Below are positions 57,705 through 64,000 of a stretch of DNA of 64,000 bases, one piece after another. The stretch spans positions 62,001 to 126,000 of the forward strand of contig JAHBMJ010000135.1 in NCBI GenBank assembly GCA_018398765.1, written 5' to 3'. Position numbers and translations under genes: made by a program. The DNA comes from Chromera velia. Its lineage: Eukaryota. The stretch's first letter is position 1. Each line of letters opens with the position of its first letter. Under the pieces are notes generated by a model that saw nothing but the letters and a program-made list of their open reading frames with translations, did no database searches and was not told the DNA's origin.

Positions 57705-60700
57705 ATCATCATCACCATCATCATCATTATTATTATTATTATTAATCGGTCTATAGGCCATCATGCAGTGCATGAGTCTAGGACAATGCTTTATTGCCCC
57801 TTTGCCAGACCTGCATTATACAACGGGAAGGGGCTTCACTCTCGTAACTCTAAACACCCTGCATCTAGAAGATGCTTTCTAAATCGCTGATGTCGTTTCC
57901 CTTCTGTGAGAGGAGTGCGACAACTGCAACAGAGACTCTCAGGCAGTAGAGGCAGACAGGAAGACCGGTGGAGAGGGGGGACGGGAGATGTACGTGGGAG
58001 GTGGAAAAAGAATATTCAAAGGTGAGACGGGAAGAGAGGTAAGTAACCATCACATGCATCGAATCGCAGGCCTTACGATGGAGGGCGCAGACAGATGTTT
58101 TGCAAGAGTCGCAGGGCCAGTATAGGTGAGTGTCTGAGTGCCAGGGTGACCTTCATTTGTGCCAACAATTCGCTTTGCGTGGCGTGTTTTAGAGGGGTGG
58201 AGTCTTTCGCTAGCAACCACTTTCTCTCTCTTTCTTAGGCTCTGTCTAATTTGGCTTCAATTTCGGTTACAATTGCATTCAGAACCTCTCGATCTGCTCT
58301 TGTTTCTGTGCATTCAGTCAGTCGGTGCAGTAGATCGTCTGCTTTACCCCTACATATATGTGCAATACAGCAAGGCTGAAAAAGGGCCTGAGGACCAGAT
58401 CGCAGCGCGAGGGAGGGAAACGAAACGGGGGGACCAAGGGGATGAGGGAAAAGTAGAGGAAAGGAAGAGGAGAGACGAACGTTGGGCAGTAGGATAAGAC
58501 GTTTGGAACACATTCGGTCTGACGCCTCTGCCAAACTGCAAAACCGCCCCCCGTGAAGCGGCCCTTTCTAGACAACCATCAATCCATTCATCAACTTCCC
58601 GGTTGATCACTGCTCTTAAGAGAAGGAGACGGCCAACCTTGGTGGCTTTCTTTCTTCTTCTGATGGTTGGATTGACAGTCACAAATTCTTCCAATCCGGT
58701 CGACCCAATCAATTTTTGTGCGTGCATCATAGAGGAAGGACAATCACCATTCATTAAAGCCGACCAGGCACCCGCGGGCATCTTGAGGTCAATATGTTTT
58801 AAGTTAGTCAAATACCCAGCAAGTCTCACCGACACATGCACACGTGCAGAAAGTAGACCGACAGCACACAGGGTAGGTACACGGAAAGAAGAGAGAGACA
58901 GATTCAAAGCCCAACGGACAAAGCGCAATTGAAGGACATCTAATGCATCCATGTCTGACTTGCGGACAGGCAGACAGTCAAACGCATATAGAGCAACAGG
59001 CAACCAGAAAGCGCATAAACACAAAATTTTTGCTGCGAGGGGCAGGCGACCTAAAGAGAGTGCTACGCTCTTTGCATAGCCCATCCGTCTACTCGCTATG
59101 CTAAGCCTTTCTTCTATTACCTCCCTTAAGTCTCCCCCTTCGAACAAAAGAACACCCAGATACTTATACGACCCCACTCTCTCGACTTCTTTTCCCCCAA
59201 ACATAAGCCTCCCTTCAATTGCAGGGTAAGAGTCGGACAGACGTATGATTTTCGTCTTTTTTAAATTAACAGTGAGCCCCCTCTCTTTACAGAAAGAATT
59301 CAATTCATTCAAGCTGACCTACAGGTCATACACGCTCTCAGCAACGAGGACAAGGTCATCGGCATAACCAAGGCTATCGCACTCAACCCCACCGAGCAGA
59401 ACCTCTGCATGACTGGAAGCCTTCACTCTTTCATGCAGATCATTGATGAAAATCAAGAAGAGAAGAGGGGAGAGAGGATCCCCTTGTTTCACCCCTTTCT
59501 CTTTCTTGAAAATAAAAGGGCTGCCAGTGATGCTTCCATACATATTTATATATATTGCCTGAATCATTTTAACATCGACTGCACTCACCCCTTGCTTCAG
59601 CAAAACTTTAAACAAAACATCCCTGGGCAGGGAGTCAAAGGCTTTGCTGAAGTCTACAAAGCATGCTAACCAGGGCTTCTTTCGTTTCTTTGCCTTTTGC
59701 AGCAGCGCAGTAAGTGCTCCAATGGCTTCCCTTGTTCCTACCCCTTGCTGAAAACCCAACTGCCTATAGTCAATCTTCACTTACGATGTAAGACGGGCAG
59801 AGAGGAGTGAAGAAAAGAGTTTTGGTAAGAGTGAGACAACATGAATCGGACGCCATTCACCAGGGTCGGGGGAAGGAGGCCCCTTTGGAACCGGACAGAT
59901 TTTAATTACATTCCATTCATCTCACCAAGCGGATGTCAAGTGAATTAAGTTCAAATGGATAAATAACAAAGTACGAGAAAGAGGCGAATATTGAAAGCAT
60001 AGGGAGAGGTGGTTGGGGGCGAGTCCGGACAACCCTGCAGCCTTTTCTTCCTTTGTGGACCGGAGGACTTTCTTTATTTCTTCTATATAAAAATAAAGGC
60101 GAGACGGAGGGATTGGTGGGGGCAAAAGGGGAGAGTGAATGCCAGAGGGAACCTGATGAGAGTGGGTATGCAGTTATGAAAAAACGCCAGAGTGCAAAGA
60201 AGAGTTAAAAACAGGTGGGGCTGGCTGCGAAAGAGGGAAAGGGGGAGTACTTTCTTGTGCAGATTCCCTGCCAGAGGGAGAGTCAGCGAAGATGGAAGCC
60301 CAGTGATAGGCAAAGTCCTTTACTGAAGGCTGGGAACCAGGAGGGGCTTTCTCTCTATTGCTTCTTTGCAGCTTTCTTCTCAATGACCAGACCTTTGAAG
60401 GGTTAGAGGACAACTCGAGTGTAACCTTTTCTACACAGAGCTTTTCGTATGCCTTTCTTTTCCTGTTGTGCAATCGCTGACATCTGCGGGCCTGCCTCTC
60501 AACTGTCTGTCTTAAGGCAATCACGTTCGTTCTGCTGCTCCCACTTCTCCTCTCATTCTCACATGATTCCACAAGTTTGTTCAACGCCTTCCTTGCTTCC
60601 CTCCAAAGTGTCGCTGCTTCCTTGCATTCATTATCAAACCATTCGGCCTTTTTCTTTTGTCTCACTTTTTTCCTGCCTTGTTGACCATCCAAATCCTTCC

Positions 60701-63587
60701 GCTTGATTTCTTTTGTTGGGCCGGCCAACGTGGTTTCCCATTCTTTCAGCAGTAACTTTTCCCGTTCATAGAAAGACAAAGGCACCGGTTGCTCACATAA
60801 GTTGGGAGCAGACAGCGGGGGGGGGGGAGCGGATGGAAAAGAAGAGAGATCATGAAATGTTTTCAGCTTCGCAAGCCATTTTCACAAGTCCAAGCCATAG
60901 CTGTTCAGCCAATTGACCAGCTGCTACAGCCGAGGGGAGAAGCTCCTCATATGAGACAGGAGTGGATCTGATGGAGCGATGAAGGGGAGGGATAGGTAAA
61001 AGGGAGTTTCTTTGCTGTCTGGCTGTTGAGGGGGAATGAAAGGGGCAGCAACAAGGGACAGAGAAAGTGACACAGCTGCATAGTCGAGCCTAGACAGTTC
61101 TGCTGGCTGTTTCACATCAAGGTGAGTACAAGCACGGAGGAGGGGGGGATTAACGAGAAAAAAGTCAATCAGAGTGTGACCTCTACCTTTCCAGAGGAAG
61201 GTGCAATCACGTGAGAAAGAACGTGCTTCCCCACTCCAAAGGGGGGCAGAACCATCAATGCAGAGACCATTTAAAGGGAGAAGATTCGTTAGTTCACAGA
61301 GTTTTAAAAGAGAACGGCCCTGCTGATCAACTTTTCGGTTGCAAGACGAAGCACGGATTACTCCCGATACATTCTCTTCCTGAATGATTCCGTTCTTATC
61401 TTGTACCCCCCTATCCCAAGTGATTCCTTTTAGCAGCTCATCAGAGATGTGAGCGTTGAAATCACCAGTCACAATTCTCCTTTCCCCTAGAGGAACTTCC
61501 GACAATGCATCTGTCAGGCGCTCCCAGTGGCTCAGATCCCCGCCTGCCTCCCCTCTCCCAGTAGACCATCCGTGTAGCACATATACTCCAAACACATGCA
61601 GAATAGAGGACTTGCTGTGTGCATCGAATCCACCAATATGCAATGACGCACGCAGCATGGATGGGCCGACCAGTTTGATCTCAGGCCTTAGTCGGCCTCT
61701 CAATGACTTTCGAATTAGGACAGCGACCCCCCCGGTATCCTTGTCCTGTTCTAACGCTTCCTTCCTGCCTCTACCACTTCCTCCTCCCCCAAGGTGCTGT
61801 CTAACCCATTCTCGATGGGAGAAATTCTTGCCTGAGTGAAGAGGGTATTCAAGAGGGCGCGTGGGGGACCGTGTTTCTGTCAAAATTACCACATCAAACT
61901 CCTCAAGCCAGGCAAACAGACTGCCATCACTCTCTATGCTGTCTAAGAGACCTTTTACGTTGAGCGTGGCGATTCTGAGCCCCACTATTGATCTTACAGA
62001 AATCAATTCTTTCAACGCAACACCCCCACTAGCTAGGCAAGCTGAAGCAAAAGCAGAAGCAGATACACGTGCCGATGAAGAAGAAGAAGAAGAAAAAGAA
62101 AAAGAAGACGAGGATGAAGAAAGACCTTGTCCTTTTCCCTTCTTTCTCTGCCCTTTTTTCGTCACCTTCCCCCGTTTAGTCTTTCCATTGTTTCCCTTAC
62201 GGCTCGTGCTCTTTATCAGGGACTCAAGGGGCCGCCANAAGGGGCCGCCAGCCATATGGGTTTCGACATTTGTTTCCTTTCGGGCACCCCACACAGGGAG
62301 TACCATTCTTTGCACACTTGCAGCCAGCATAAGTATTGGAGCCATGACACCGGCATGCACATCTGGTAGACGGTTGGACGGAGGAGATGGGGGAAGCAGT
62401 CTGGGGAGACAGAGCCAAAGGGTCACGGTTTTTACATCTGTCTTTGCCCACATAGCAGTTAGTACAGTGGGTTCCATTTAAGGTACACTTACAGTTTTTT
62501 CCACAAACCCCCCCCCCCGATGGTCTGCACTCGCAACATCGTACTTCCTTACAGTTCGGGCATAGGGCGCCCAGCGGGCAGTGGGTACAGCGTTTTCCCG
62601 CTGCCGCACATGGACACTCACACTTTCTCTTCCCCCTCTGTCTCTCTGGGCATTGCAGGCAGTTGCAACACGCTTTATCGGCTTGACAGGGCTCTTTTTC
62701 CTCTTTACGTTTCAATGCTTTGGGGCGTGATAAGGAGGAGGAGGAGGAAGAGGAAGAAGAAGAAGAAGAAGAAGAAGAAGAAGAAGAAAAAGAAGGAGAA
62801 GAAGCAGAAAAAGAGGAAGAAAAAGAAGAAGAAGAAGAAGAAGAAGAGGAAGACGAAGAGGAGGAGGAAGGAGAAGAAGAAGAAGAAGAGGGAGAAGAAG
62901 AAGAGGAAGAAGAAGAAGAGGAAGAAAAAGAAAGAGAAGGGTCCACCCAGTGACCTAGTCTCCCCCCTCCCCCCCTTCCCTGTCCGTTCCCACCCACGTT
63001 TCTTCCCACACTAGGTCCGGAGGAAAAGGAAGAAAAGAAAAGAGCAGGAGAAGAAGAAGAAGATAAAGAAGAAGAAGAAGAAGAAGAAGAAGGAGAAGAA
63101 GAAGAAGAAGAAGAAGAAAAGGAAGAAGAAGAAGAAGAAGAAGAAGAAGAAGAAGAAAAAGAAGAAGAAAGGGAAGGCAAAGCGTTTTTCTCGCTCCTTT
63201 GCTTTCTTTGCTCTTCATTCTGAAGGGTCAGTGCTTTGGGGCGTGATTCGGAGGAGGAGGAGGAAGAGGAAGAAGAAGAAGAAGAAAAGGCAGAAAGAGA
63301 AGAAGAGGAAAAAGAGCCACTGGAAGAGCCACCTCCCTTACTCCCTTGCTCCATGTGTCTGTCGTTCGTTCCGCTTTCACCCTTCTCTTTCATGGCATTT
63401 CTATTGGACTCCCCAGGAGAAGAAGGCTTAGTGAAAGACGAAAGAAAAGGGGAGGAAGGAAACAAGGAAAAAGAAGAAGCAGAAGAAGAAGGAGAAATAG
63501 AAAGGCAGCCACCTTCTTCAGTCCCCTGCTTCCCATGTCCATCGTTCGTTCCGTTCACACCCTTGGCGATTCCATCGTTCACACCCT
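57705..63587 (-). mobile_element. Non-LTR retrotransposon (LINE) with APE endonuclease and RT; degenerate, probably 5'-truncated
   Basis: APE motifs ATLNVKGL, ILTETR, GGVAVLI, TGDFNAH, IDFFLV. RT motifs QLGFQQG, FVDFSKAFDS, GVKQGDPLSPLLF, YADDLVL, VNLKKTK, YKYLGV. C-terminal H-x4-C (HLYWPC). 3' tail of (TAA)n(TGA)n at about 57705-57745. Multiple stops. Confidence 0.93.
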
Positions 63588-63651
63588 TATTATTATTATT
63601 ATTATTATTATTATTGATCAGTCTATAGCATCATCATCATCATCATCATCA

Positions 63652-63686
<35 letters not shown>

Positions 63687-64000
63687 CGGTCTATAGGCCA
63701 TTAATCGGTTATTGTTATTGATTGGTCTATAGGCCATCATGCAATGCATGAGTCTAGGGCAATGCTGTATTGCCCCTTTGCCAGACCTGCATCACTCATC
63801 GGGGTGGAGCTGCCGTCTGCTAGCTGAAACCCGGCACCTAAATCATGACGTTTAATCGATTTAAGTGCCGTCCCTCACTATAGAAGGCTGCGACAGTCAA
63901 ACCAATCCAAGGTACTGAGAGCAGACAGAGCAAACCAGTGAAGAGGGAGAACAAGGATTGGAATAGATGTACGAGGAAGGCGTTCGAAGGGTCAAAGGGA
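63588..64000 (-). mobile_element. 3' end and microsatellite tail of a second, related LINE
   Basis: 63721-63792 matches 57745-57816 with 4 mismatches and is followed on the minus strand by (TAA)n/(TGA)n tails. The upstream sequence is diverged but reads as an ORF end (..SLFTGLLCLL..EGRHLNRLNVMI*). Confidence 0.7.

Noticed and set aside
62520..63431. Poly-Lys, poly-Glu and poly-Leu ORFs
   Set aside because: Alternative frames and antisense of the LINE poly-Ser (TCT)n tracts.
57705..63792. Terminal direct repeats read as LTRs or a long TSD
   Set aside because: The enzymes are APE and LINE-type RT, there are no TG..CA ends or PBS, and both repeats carry 3' tails. Tandem 3' ends explain them better.

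Overview
Eukaryotic, intron-rich nuclear DNA, not a prokaryote. Evidence: spliceosomal GT-AG introns, donors often GTCAGT/GTCTGT, introns full of (TG)n/(TCTG)n/(TC)n, abundant TGCATG. The style (RI-like LRR family, PAN/Apple fragment, bipartite-leader protein) suggests a chromerid alveolate such as Chromera; this is inference only. Host genes, with exons joined by hand: the 3' part of an unknown gene (+, ends 4134), a secreted fucosyltransferase-superfamily gene (-, 5528-10073), a type I membrane protein (+, 11055-14215), a very large multi-TM/C2-like/EF-hand gene (-, 19811-35871), a decayed PAN/Apple gene, a frameshifted LRR gene and an intronless ankyrin gene. Mobile DNA: an hAT-type non-autonomous element with perfect TIRs and an 8-bp TSD nested in an AT-rich MITE family, a Copia relic, a full-length chromodomain Ty3/Gypsy element (319-bp LTRs, 5-bp TSD) and two head-to-tail LINEs. 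Best leads: (1) a LINE whose APE-RT ORF appears fused in frame to three CXC-like Cys clusters, sitting in the microsatellite tail of a related LINE with a shared structured 3' end; (2) tandem arrays in two unrelated genes that amplify the exon-end/5' splice junction; (3) a strong CpG/CpA transition bias in the transposons. Most short ORFs in the supplied track are microsatellite or antisense artefacts. All domain calls are motif recognition by eye; no searches were run.
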